Shown: positions 26,263 through 38,666 of the stretch, piece by piece
Numbering within the stretch: the first letter of the stretch is position 1
Layout of the letters: each line of letters begins with the position of its first letter
DNA from: Octopus sinensis
Taxonomy: Eukaryota
Assembly: GCF_006345805.1 (NCBI RefSeq)
Contig: NC_043006.1
Coordinates: forward strand, 82,336,001-82,400,000
Direction: 5' to 3'
Length of the DNA: 64,000 nucleotides
Translations under genes and position numbers: made by a program
Notes under the pieces: generated by a model
Database searches by the model: none
The model's input: the letters and a program-made list of their open reading frames with translations, nothing else
Told to the model about the DNA's origin: nothing

Positions 26263-27390
26263 GAATCACTGGTAGATGTGCTCTTATATAGCAAAATAGT
26301 TTCAAAGAGTAGAAGCAGGAGAAAAAACTTGGCTGTTTAATTCTAGTTTGAAGCGGATGCCAGTTTTGAATAAAAAATTGATTTAACCTTGAAATATCTC
26401 TTTAATCATCATGTTTCTTATTTTTTTTACTTTTAATATTTTAGTGTTTACTATAGCCTAAGTTTTAAATTTCTTTAATTCTAGGCCAGTGGTTCCCAAA
26501 CTTATCTTTTCTTGTGGCACACTTTAGAGGAAATATAAATATTTTGTGCATAAAGTCAAAAAATGTACTAAAAGAAGGTATTTATATATTTTACCTTTTT
26601 AATTAATATATATAACTTAAAATACAGGCAATTAGTAAATAATCACTGCTTTTTCTTTTCAACAAATGAAGCTTAGCTATCAAGACCTTATTTTATATTT
26701 GACTCTTTTACCTGGAAACATGTTGCTGCCATCAATGTCTCTCTCCCATTGCACTCTGCCTTTATTATTTCTCATTACTTCTCAGGTACTCTCTCTCAGT
26801 TCTCCCTCTTTCATAACATCACCCCCTCATTTTATACTCTTTTCTTTCTTCCTCTCACCCCAGTCTGTAACAACTCATAAGTTTCTGTAGTGTTTTTACT
26901 CAGTTTAATACAAAACTTTATTGTATTGCAAACTTACTAATAGTCTTTATGTCCAGACTGCAGTGGGCAAATTAGTTAGCTGTAACAAGCCGTGTATAGT
27001 AGGGTATATTCGAAGTGCTATTAACAGACATTTCTTTCAATCTGGAATAACAGAAGTTGGCAGGTCAGCTTTGATGCATAGTGATATAGTGAAATTACTA
27101 TAACCTCAGACAGTTGTGATTGCCTCTTCTAACAAAAAAGTCCCAAAACTTCTGGAATGCACCTTTGTGTGTATTTGTTGCATTCAACTAAAAAGTACTG
27201 AGTAATCCTCCAGCTTAATCTTGAATTGTTTTCATATATAACTTGACCATTGTTAAAATTTCAGTTCTCAGAGGGTTAAATTTGTTTAGGGCTTCTTCAC
27301 TTCAGGTGATTTTGCTGTATACTTTATATCATACATTGATATTGTGTAATTATCTTTCATAGGCATACTAATTATATATATATGTATGTA

Positions 27391-28180
27391 AAGGGTGTGA
27401 TGGATAAATTGTTGCCGTTTTATATTTTTAATTTCATGCATGCGCATTGTTTTTTGCTTTTGTCGACTACACAGTATAGTTGGGTCAGTTGGGCACCATC
27501 TGTGAGAAAAACAGCATCATGATGCAATTCACTCTGCTAGAAATTTGGATACGACATGCTGTAACTGCTTGGCATTCATGCTGGAAGTTCCAATACGAAC
27601 ATTCCAGAGTGGTTGGGTGTCAATCCGAGGGTGTGTACCGAGAGGGATAAAAATCAAACATCCAGTGCACATCATGGTGCTTGGAGTGATCATTAGTGAT
27701 GGCAATGTTATGCTTCCATTCATCTTCCCACATGGCCTCAGACACAACATGGAGGCCTACATCAAGTGTCTGGATGAAGTAGTGCTGCCCTGGGTGAAGT
27801 GGGTGGCTGCTGGAAGACCCTGTGTCTGGAAACAGGATTCTGCAACATGCCACACAAGCAGGAGAAACCAGTCATGGCTGTCATGCTGTTTCTGAAACTA
27901 CATCACTCCTAACATCTGGCCACCTAAATCCGCAGACTGCGACCCCTTGATTATTATGCTGAGCGAGAGACCAACAAAACTCCTTGTAACAAAGATGAAC
28001 TGAAGACAAGGATTATGGCAGCATTCACCAACTTAAACAAGGAAGCCATGCAGGAGATTCCAAAGCTGTCTGGAGGCCATGGTTGAAGCTAGTGGAGATT
28101 TTATTGAATAAATTTACTCTTTAGTATTTCAAGATATTTTCATGTAATTTTGGTAAATATGTTAAAATAAGATGTCAGTG
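27391..28180 (+). mobile_element. maT/DD37D-like mariner remnant, internally deleted, right end lost
   Basis: TA|AAGGGTG left end; KHPVHIMVLGVIISDG..YIKCLDEVVLPWV..WKQDSATCH..WPPKSADCDPLDY..GDFIE*. Confidence 0.85.
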
Positions 28181-31100
28181 GTGTGTGTGTGTGTGTGTGT
28201 ATCATGAATGTGTGGTAAAAAAAAATTGCTTCATAGCCACATGGTTCCTGGTTTAGTGCCAATGTGTGGCATTTTGAGCAGTTGCCTCCTACTATAGTCT
28301 TGAGTTGATCAAAGCCTTGTGAGTGAATTCAGAAGATGGAAACTGAAAGAAGTCCATCATATATATATATATATGTTTGTCCCTACATCCCACTGCTTGA
28401 AAACTAGTGTTGGTTTATTTATGGCCCTGTAACTTGGTGGTTCAGCAAGAGACCAATAGAACAAGTACCTGGCTTTAAAAAAGAAAGCACTGGGTCAATT
28501 CATTTGACTAGGAAATTCTTCAAGGCAATGCCCCAGTATGGCTGCAGTCTAATTAATGACTGAAGCAAGTAAAAAATAGAAAAGATATATACATATATAT
28601 ATACATACATACATACATATACACACACATGCACACTTAGTCAATCATCAAGTTGAATTGCAGCAAAAATTAGTGACTGAACCTCTTTATGGTCACTGAA
28701 CTTGCTAAAAATAGCAGCCAGATCTCCCTCACACTAACCTACAATCTTAGAAAAGAACACTTTGGATAATGTAATTCTATTACACATTTCTTGGAGGTGG
28801 CAGGGAAGAAACACTGATATTCAGTGCCTTTGATCAAGGATTTGTTTGATCTGAGCTGACCTAAAACTAATCAATGACAACTTCACTATTGAATTATTTA
28901 TTGGTTATAACAGCATTCATCTGTGATAACAATTACTCCTTTTGTACTTGAATATCTGTGTGACCAAAATTACTTTACCCGTTGCCATGGACAAAGCTGT
29001 TACTATTTCGCTAGAAATATCTGTCAAATTTTACTCAGATCACTCCATTCGCTTAAAAATGACTCCTTAAATAACAGTCTTTGAAAACAAGATGGACTAG
29101 TCAAGGTGAGATACCTGTTAATTGCGTATGCTTTTTATGTTCTCTGTGTTTCTTTGTTTGGTTTCTATAACAGCCATGCTTTTTTTATATATTTTGCACA
29201 CACACACATACACACACAAGTAGAGCCTTTATTATCATTGGTTAGAAATCTATCAATGTAAACTGCTTTCATTATTAGATTGAGTAATGGGAAATCTATA
29301 TATTACATATAGTATTGAGAGTAAAAGAAGATACTGACTAAAGTTTGTTAAACAACAAAGTAAACAATGTTTGTTTATATTTGTGTGTGTGTTTGTGTAT
29401 TTATGAGAAAGAAAGATTGATGTATAAATATCGTCAAGGATACACGCACATGCATATATATATATAGATAGATAGATATAGAAACTTTATTACTCTGAGG
29501 GCATCCAGCTGTAAAAACTATCACAAAAAAAAAAGCATTGACCCGGCAGGACAAGTGAGTCCATAACCCGTGGCCTTCTACATGGGATGGAGCCAGCCTA
29601 CGTATGCATACCTTCCCTTCTTGGGACACAAAACTCTACTTGTGAAGACGTGTTGAGGCAAGTGAGGATCAGAATCGAAATCGATCAATGGAAATTGCGG
29701 ATGTGTTACCAGTGCTGGTGGCATGTCGAAACTCTACTTGTGAAGACCCGTTGAGGCAAGTGAGGATCAGAATCAAAATCGATCAATGGAAATCGATCAA
29801 TGGAAATTGCAGATGTGTTACCAGTGCCGGTGGCATGTAAGAGAACTTTCCGTTTCGCGACCGTTGCCAGCACCGCCCCGTTTCGTGTCCGTTGCCACCC
29901 TCGCCTGGCCCTCGTGCCGGTGGCACATAAAAAGCACCATCCGTTCGTGGCCGTTTGCCAGCTCTGTCTGGCACCAGTGCGGGTGGCACGTAAAAAGCAC
30001 CCACTACACTCACGGAGTGGTTGGCGTTAGGAAGGGCATCCAGCCGTAGAAACACTGCCAGATTTGACTGGGCCTGATGAAGCCTTCTGGCTTCACAGAC
30101 CCCAGTAGAACCGTCCAACCCATGCTAGCATGGAAAACGGACGCTAAATGATGATGATGAATCTGACATGGTCTTCCAGCTCATCAGATCCTCTTAAACT
30201 GCCTTAACCCTTTCGTTACTGTATTTATTTTGAGATGCTCTGTGTTTCTTTCAATTACTTTAAGTATAACAAAGAATTTAATAAAATAATTTAGTTATCA
30301 TTCAGCTATTGTTAGGAACAGAAATTATGACAAAGATTTGGTGGAAGATTTTAATTCAAAACTTATGAAAACAAGACATTTGTACTCGGGGCCAGAGCCG
30401 GTCTCAGCCGGGTTGGTAATATTTCATATTTCCCTTGTTCTCATTGAGATCGGACTTCAAATTGTGATGGTGGTATGGTACATTGTCTTTATGTCCACAA
30501 AATTTGTAACTAAGTGCGGTGGGGTTTTGAGTGAATTAACTATACATTTGAAGGTGGTGCACCAGCCTAGCCACATTTCAGTGACTGTAACTAGTATAAG
30601 AATATTTGTCAAATTTTATTTCTATTTTGAAAAGATATTGAAAACAAACACTTAAAACAATAACAAAAACTTTTGAACCTCTTGATTTCTGAATATTTTG
30701 TCTGTAAAACAGAAGAAATATGCAATTAGCACTTTTGGTATCTCTGGAAATTCCATATTTTATTGGAAAGCTATAAGATTTCTTTTGAAAGTGTATTTTT
30801 TTCCTGAAGTACTCAATTCTTTATATAAAGGAGAGAATATCTTTGAAAACTACATACTTTTTTTATACACTTGTCACTTATTCTACTTTCTGAGTTATCT
30901 AATGTCAAAAAATAATTTTAATTATGGAACAAAATACATGGCATAATCGGTCTATAATATTTTTCTTCTATGCTACTTCTCCAGTACAGGTGTTACTGAT
31001 GTTAATTCCCTGCACTACATCCTTATTTTCACATCTGAGACTGGTGTATATGCTTGAACATGAACCCATAGTCCCAGTGAATGAAGTACAGTAGCTGTCT

Positions 31101-33070
31101 CACAGATCTTGTAGATTCTAAAAAAAAAAGTGTATCAGTGTGTGTATATATATATATATATAACCATCACCCATTACACTCTTGGAGTGGCTGGTGTTAG
31201 TAAGGGCAACCAGCTGTTGGAACTATGCCAAATTGGATTGGATTGGAGCCTGGTGCAGCTTGCCAACCACGGTCAAACCGTCCAGACCATACCAGCATGG
31301 ACAATGAACGTTTAATGATGACAATGATGATGATCATCATCATAACCTCCACTTTTCCATGCTTGCGTAGGTCAAATAGTATTTCTTGAGGTAGATTTTC
31401 TACAACCACATATTTCATATTTCCCTATGGCCAAACATATTTTCACAGACGATTGGAAATGGACACTGCTTCCATGACGGTGACACTTGCTAACAACTAT
31501 CATGCAGTGTCAAGACAAGGAGATACTAACACACATACATACATAGCAGGCTTCTTTCAGTTTCCGTTAACCAGATCTACTTTCAGAACATTGATTAGCT
31601 TCGGTTTGTAGTAGAAGTCACTTGCCCAATGTACCACGCAGTGGTACTGAACCTGAAACCACATGTTTGGGAAGTAAACTTATTTACACAGCCACTCCCA
31701 CCCCATACACATACCACATTTAGTTCTAAATATTTATCAGTTAGTCTTATGAATTGTATAAATAATTTTAATATTTGATATAATAATATAATGAAACACA
31801 CTCAGCCTATGAATATATATACATATTGCATCTGTTAGATTATGTCTTTGCTTTCCTCCCATACTTCATATGTTTATTGTCTTATGGATAATATAAACGT
31901 TGTGTGTATAATAGATTATGTCTTCAGAAGCTTTACAGATGTAGACCATAGCAGAATAATAATATAAATGATTTACATATGAAGTTTAACGTCTTTTTGT
32001 AGGAGTGAAAATGTTATTGGTTTTTCCAGAAATAGGAAACTTATTTAAAGGTGTTGTGGAGGGATTGGATGCCTAGGGCTCATAAATACAGACCAGGTTT
32101 AAATGCTAACTGCAGTTTGAAGTAGATGAGAGATAGGATGGTGGGTGATCTGAGTGGGAGAGGTCCTAAACTAAAACAGTAAACTGAGGTGTAAGCATGG
32201 CTCTGTAGGTGCAGGCATGGCTGTGTGGTAAGAAGTTTTCTTCCTGACCACATGGTTCTGGGTTCAATCCCACTGTGGCATATTGGACTAGTGCCTTCTG
32301 CTATAGCCTCAGGTTGCCATAATTTTTCAAGGCTGTGCCATAGCGTGGCTGCAGTCTGATGACTGAAATAGGAAAGGAAAAGGAGAAGAAAACCCAGGAG
32401 TGTCTCCTTGTCTCAATGGTTGTGAATATGTCACTCAAACAAGCAGTTTCATTTCCAATCTTCTAGAAAAAAAAATGTCCCAGCCATAGGTGAAGTTTGT
32501 TGACAAGATAAGCATCTGGCAGTAGAAAATCTGCTTCAGTGAACTCTATTTGACCCACATTTTCCTGATGATAATGCTTCATCTGTTCATTATATATCCA
32601 CTAAATCTTAAAGATGTCATTTTGCAGCAGTAATAGTAATTATTTACCATCACACAGTGGAAGATTGTGTGGTGTAAATACTAACATTTCTGACAAATTG
32701 CTTGACCAACCCTATTCACTCTGTGTGTGAAGAGGGGGCAGGCAATTTGAATTGTGGCATTGTACCTATCCTCCCAGCATATTAGTAAACTAAGATAACT
32801 ACATTCTCAAATTGAAGCTGAGTTACAGATTTGATTATCTAGAACGCTGGTTTCCATCTAGGTTGTCTCAAAACCCCGAATATTTAGAGGTGCTGTGACA
32901 ACCTGAAATATTGTGACGTTTTAATTTTAAAATTATATTTGGCAAAAAGTCAAGCTCTTTAAGTTCTGATATGAAATTCTGCCAAGATTGACTTTGCCTT
33001 TTCTTCCTTTTAGGGTTGGTTAATAAAGTAAGTACCAGTTATCACACTAGAGTTAATGTAATCGACTTAG

Positions 33071-35130
33071 GGATCTAGTCTTTCCCATTCGCAAAATGAG
33101 CCCCACTTAATTTTGCCCAGACTGCTTTCAATTTTGGTGTATTGATGCAACTCTGAATTTTGATTATGATCAACCAATTACTTTATCTTGTAAACCAAAG
33201 AATCTGATGTTATTTGGCATTAAAGTTAGGAAATTTGGGTAATTTTAGCCAATCAACAGACTGCGTAGCATTAGCAGCTTGTTACCATGACAACCATCCG
33301 AGTTGTGGTTTACTGTTGTCTGTTGATTTTTCACACTTAATTCTTCACACCACAAGATTCTTTTCACCTATGTGTTTTGTTTTAATTTTTCTGTGTGTTA
33401 GTATATTACATATTTTTCTGTTTTTTCTATGTTAGTGTTTTAGATACTAAGTTGGCCCCCGACTTGGTTGGCTATCTACGCTTGTTTTATATTGAGTACA
33501 GACTTGCACAAAGTAGAGATGTCTGCATGTTGTTTAATATACATCTCAGGAAAAACAACCTTCTTATATTCAATAAGCTTGGTGGCACCCTTGTGGTACA
33601 TATCATTGTGGCAAACGTAAAACCACCTATAATTGTGTTATGTATATTAATTACCAGGGTGACCCACGATTTGACTGGTTATCCACGTCGGTTATATCGA
33701 GCATAAACTTACATGAAGTATAGGTGGGTATGTGCACGTGTGTTGTTTTATATAATTTCAGGGTACATTAATATATTTCTACATTTGACAAGTTTTATGG
33801 TACCCTGGTAGTGCTTATAACTCTATTGTTACATATATCAAATACCAACGGTGCTCTCAATTTTGCTGGTTATCCACGTCAGGTATATTGAACAAAGGCT
33901 TACATAATGTACAGTTGGGTGTGTGTCTGTGTGAAGACATGGCTGAGGTGGATTTGTGTAACAATCATGCATTTCTTAAATGAGGAAGAACAAACACTCC
34001 ATTGTCATTCTTTCACATTTCTTTTAAATTCTTTCTCATGACAACGAAGCTTCTAAGGAAGAAAACTTCCACAAAACCCAATGTCTAAAGTACATGTGGT
34101 GTATATAAACAATATATATATATATTGATGATGATTATATATATATATATATATTGTTCATGGTAGAAAATATTTATAAGTTATAATATAGTTTTCTTTG
34201 TCGTGCGTATGTGAAAATGAAACAAACCCAAGAGTGACCTCTCCTCTCCACTTTTTCCTTCTTCGATTCAAAGCAATTTTTCCCACCCACTGAGAAATTA
34301 AGTTTGGAAACAAGTGTGTGTGTGTATTTTTCTTCCAACCTAATATTGGCTTTTTCAACATTTGGTTTCTTGAAACATTTCTTATTACCTTCATTTTTTA
34401 ACAGTAATTTAATTGCATAAACAATAATTTAATAGGTGATTTCTCCAAACATTAATTAGTGTAGATATAATCACTAATTCAGCATTAATGATAAAAGGTG
34501 CATTGCTAATTAAGAGCATTTCACAAAAGCATTTAAGATACAGGTATTCTTTTTCTTCGGACAAATTCTTTGTCAACCAGTGTTATTCTTATCGTAGTTT
34601 ACAAATCCAAGCATGAAAACTTCACTCAACTTTAAAGTCTTGGAGATAGACGCCTCCCCACCTTCCACACACACACATATCAATGATGTACACAAATACA
34701 TAACAGGTAATCATAATACTGAAATACACATCAAGTAATCACACGCAGACAAATATATTAATATTACAAATTTTAAAAAAATAATAAAACCATGCAATCA
34801 ATGAAGAGACAAAAGAAAAAGTAAGATGATACTTGTTGATTTTATTCGGTATTTCTGTTTATTTAGAAACCTACAATGAACAGGTCAGATGCTAAACTCT
34901 AAATTTCACAGGGTACAATCTGAAAGTTGACACTGCTCTGCTAAACGCAGAAAATTTCTGTCGCTATTGGCTAAAAATATACAGTTTTTTTTATTTTTAA
35001 ACCTCTGTAACTTTTTTCTCCAATGTTTTTCTCCACAACATGATACTGGAAGGCTACATTATTATAGTCAATTTTCAAATTTTTTACTGTCTTTTAAAAA
35101 ATGCATATTTTGCGAATGAAAACTAAATCC
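33071..35130. mobile_element. Non-autonomous TIR DNA transposon, Merlin-like, nested in a family A SINE
   Basis: TIRs GGATCTAGTCTTTCCCATTCGCAAAAT / ATTTTGCGAATGAAAACTAAATCC. 8-bp TSD CGACTTAG/TGACTTAG. The SINE sequence resumes after 35138. Confidence 0.75.
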
Positions 35131-35340
35131 TGACTTAGTCCCTTTGCTTAAAATTGCTGGCCTTGTGGCAAAATTTGAAACTATCATCATCATTACTGTT
35201 GTCATCAAAGTCTAGGTCTTTAGATTCATTTGTATCACATTTCTAGCAGTGGTGCTTGCTAATTCTTCTCGAGGAATCTTTTTCCTTTAACTGCATTTTA
35301 TCATTTGTAGTGAGAAGTATCAACTATGTCATCTATCCAT

Positions 35341-35492
35341 AGGCACAGGAGTGGTTGTGTGGTAAGTTGCTTGCTTACCAACCACATGGTTCCGGGTTCA
35401 GTCCCACTGTGTTGCACCTTGGGCAAGTGTCTTCTACTATAGCCTCAGGCTGACCAAAGCCTTCTGAATGGATTTGGTAGACAGAAACTGAA

Positions 35493-35526
<34 letters not shown>

Positions 35527-35722
35527 TTTTGTCCCCCCACCATTGCTTGACAACCAATGCTGGTGTGTTTATATCCCAGATACCTAGCAGTTCAGCAAAA
35601 GAGACCAACAGAATAAGTATTAGGCTTACAAAGAATAGGTTCTGGGGTTGATTTGTTCGACTAAAGGTGGTGCTCCAGTATAGCTACAGTTAAATGACTA
35701 AAACAAATAATAGTAAAAGAGT
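35341..35722 (+). mobile_element. tRNA-derived CORE-like SINE, family B, with internal (TA/TG)n; other copies 20455-20765, 28205-28585, 31540-31700, 32190-32375, 42778-43412, 51755-52197, 62435-62765
   Basis: A box TGGTTGTGTGGTAAG, B box GGTTCAGTCC, CACCTTGGGCAAGTGTCTT core, GTAAAAGAG tail. Confidence 0.85.
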
Positions 35723-36057
35723 AAGTATTATTTCTTATGCAAATTGGTCATTTAAATAATCAGTGTAAGGAAGGATATCTGAACTTTATAACAATATTGC
35801 GACTCAACATAATCATTTCCTTTATTTTTGATCAACTACTGACAGCACCTTTTGTACTTAACTGGGAATGGTTGAGTACAAGTGATTGGAGAACATGGCC
35901 AGGTACCAAAGCTGTAAAGAAGGGAGATAGTTGCATTGGCATGAACACATGTAATGTGAAGGGATATTGTGTGCATGAAGTATTGCATGTTTGTAATGCA
36001 AAGTGCTGAGGGGAGTTTGTCAAAAGGCCTAGAAATGTGTAGTAAAGAGAGGTTTAA

Positions 36058-36276
36058 CCCTTTAGTATTTAAACCGGCCATATCCGGCCAAAATAGTTAA
36101 TCTGTTTTATGTTCAAACTGACCAGATCCAGGCCCTCACACCTACCCCACAATGTTATTCTACATTAAGTAATTACACCATTAAGCTCTTGAAGATATGA
36201 GATAATGCATGATTAGTTCAAATCAATGGGAATCAATAGGCATTATGTTTGATTGAATAGTCTGAACACTAAAGGG
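36058..36276. mobile_element. piggyBac MITE family 2; other copies 18299-18790 (split by an RTE), 45206-45400, 48987-49173
   Basis: TTAA|CCCTTTAG...CTAAAGGG|TTAA. Confidence 0.8.
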
Positions 36277-37214
36277 TTAAAGTAATTGGTCTTAAGAAAA
36301 CATCAGCTTGAAGGCACCCTGTCCTACTTGTTCTAGGTTGGGTCAGTGAGGGAGTTTCTACATCATTGGTTCCCAACAACTTCTCTACAAGGCACCCCTT
36401 TTGTTTTAATGAATTTTTTTTTCACAAACCCCGCACTTTTTTATAAGACAGGTTACTGTATAAGCTGATGTCCTGAATTAACAACAAACTCGTTTTCCCA
36501 GTTTCATCTCTCAATTGAAAGTTGTATGTAAACTGAATTAATTATAGGTGTCTGAGTAATTAAATATACATTTTAAAGTGGTCTTTTAAAGTTTTGAGTA
36601 GATCTTTGAACCTCCAGTATTGCCCTTGTGGGCAACCTGGAGGTTTTAGGACTCCCCAAGTTGAGAACCGTTGTTCTCTGGTCACTTGATTCGCTAAAAT
36701 AAGCAACCAAATCTTTGATAGATCGCATCATACTGCTTTAGAAATTAGACACATTTGACAGTGTAGTCCTAGTTATTCAAACAAGTTAGATGGTCATGTC
36801 TGGAATACCTTTAATAATAGGACTGCTCAGTTGAGTTCTAAACTGCTCATCTAAGATTTTTTTTAAAAATTGTTGCTAAGCTACAGTGCCCCAGCATGGC
36901 CACAGCTCGTGAGCTGAAACTAGATAAAGATAAAGAAGATGTTGATGATGATAATAATTGTGATCGTGGTGGTGGTAGCAACTACTACTGCTAATGTTAC
37001 AGTGCATGTGAATGTGTGAGACATAGTTCTAGTTCATTCATTTGCTCATTGAAAATATATATATATATTAACATTCTCAGAATATGCTTTATACTTTTAT
37101 CATCGTTGCTTTCTCTATGGTGACATGTATCCTGTTACATATGTATATGTGTGTGTGTATATATATAAAATATATTTTGTCTTTTCATCTGTTGTAACTC
37201 TCTAAATTGTAACC

Positions 37215-37448
37215 TATTTCTTTATTACCCACAAGGGGCTAAACATAGAGGGGACAAACATCGACAGACATAGGTATTAAGTCGATTATATCGACCCCAG
37301 TGCTTAACTGGTACTTAATTTATCGACCCCAAAAGGATGAAAGGCAAAGTCGACCTCGGCGGAATTTGAACTCACAACGTAACGGCAGCCGAAATACCAC
37401 TAAGCATTTCGCCCGACGTGCTAACGATTCTGCTAGCTCGCCGCCTTG
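37215..37448 (-). mobile_element. Young full-length family A SINE (long-tail form)
   Basis: 11-bp TSD AAATTGTAACC (37204-37214 / 37449-37459); CpGs largely intact. Confidence 0.9.
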
Positions 37449-37890
37449 AAATTGTAACCATCGATGAAGAGCAGCTGTTGGTTCTAATTGTACAACTTGC
37501 TTTTCTACTTCTTGTTAAATATGTTTTTTGTTTTATGGCCCACTTGGGGTAAGGGTTTAGAAGGGGCAGTGTCCGTAAGCATTGCAGACCTGGCCATGAC
37601 AAATGAAATTCTTACTGTCAGTGTTCAGTTTGATGCCTTGAAAATGTATGCTTGCAAAGAAAATGGAAATATACCAAGAAGGTAATTCTGGAAGGTTGAT
37701 ATTCTATGCTCAAAGGATTGGAAAAAAAAATATTTAGGTGTGACTATGAGGTAAGACAGATTCCTTCCATGGTTCAGTCACTCTGTGTGACACCTTGGGT
37801 AAGTGTCTTCTACTATAACCTTGAGCCAACCAATGCCTTGTGGGTGGATTTGATAGACAGGAACTGAAAGAAGCTTGTTGTATATACGTA

Positions 37891-38190
37891 TCTCTCTATA
37901 TATAAACGGCAAAATGTCTGTCTGTCTGTGTGCGTGTGTGTCCTTTATACAAATCCACAATTTTTCAGTTAGAGGGCTTGCACTTTCTATGGTCATTCAA
38001 AACCGTCCAAGGGTGGTTGTGCACATTTTTACATTTCCCCAGTCACCCCGCAAAGCCATTAAAAAATCAATAGAAGTGACTTTTTTGTGAATTTTCTATC
38101 CAAAACCCAATCAAAATGCCCAAAACTTGATATGCCAATTGAATGCCAGCTAGCTGTATGTGATTGGTCAGAGATTTGGACAGTACTCAT
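37891..38190 (+). mobile_element. Non-autonomous Helitron-like insert nested in a family B SINE
   Basis: Begins TCTCTCTATATATAAACGGCAAAATGTCTGTCTGTCTG (Helitron-type 5' TC plus (TCTG)n). It interrupts the SINE at its microsatellite. Confidence 0.5.
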
Positions 38191-38440
38191 GTGTATGTGC
38201 GCACGCACTAAAATGTATGTGTGTGTGTGTCCCTCCCCACTGCTTGACATCTGGTGGTTGTTTAACATCTCTGTAACTTAGTGGTTCAGCAAAAGGACTG
38301 ATAAAATAAGTTCCGTACTTTAAAAAAAGAAGTACTGGGGTTGATACATTCGAGTAAAAATTTTTCAAGGCCCCAGCATGGCTGTAATCTAATGATTGAA
38401 ACAAGTAAAGGATAAAAGAAAAGCATGGCTGAAACGAGTA

Positions 38441-38479
<39 letters not shown>

Positions 38480-38516
38480 TATACACATATGTATATACAC
38501 TCACATATATATATAT

Positions 38517-38551
<35 letters not shown>

Positions 38552-38631
38552 GAGGGAATATTATTCCAAACTTAGTGGGAAAAATTCAATTTAGAAATAC
38601 TAAATCAATTTTCACAAAATTTTATATATAT

Positions 38632-38666
<35 letters not shown>

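Noticed and set aside
26959-27063. AG...GT-bounded open segment (TAVGKLVSCNKPCIVGY...)
   Set aside because: Weak splice sites, no recognisable protein and no partner exons.
28981-28995. Isolated X-box-like GTTGCCATGGACAA (similar at 7666 and 59829)
   Set aside because: Imperfect matches with no promoter context; expected by chance.
30071-30095. CTGATGA followed by a hairpin
   Set aside because: A mutated RTE UTR segment (CTGGTGCAGCC in other copies) with no GAAA core.
29783-30118. Overlapping ORFs on both strands (also 10274, 43627-43892, 47378, 54434; LDALPNANHS peptides)
   Set aside because: Chance reading frames in the GC-rich RTE 3' UTR repeat.
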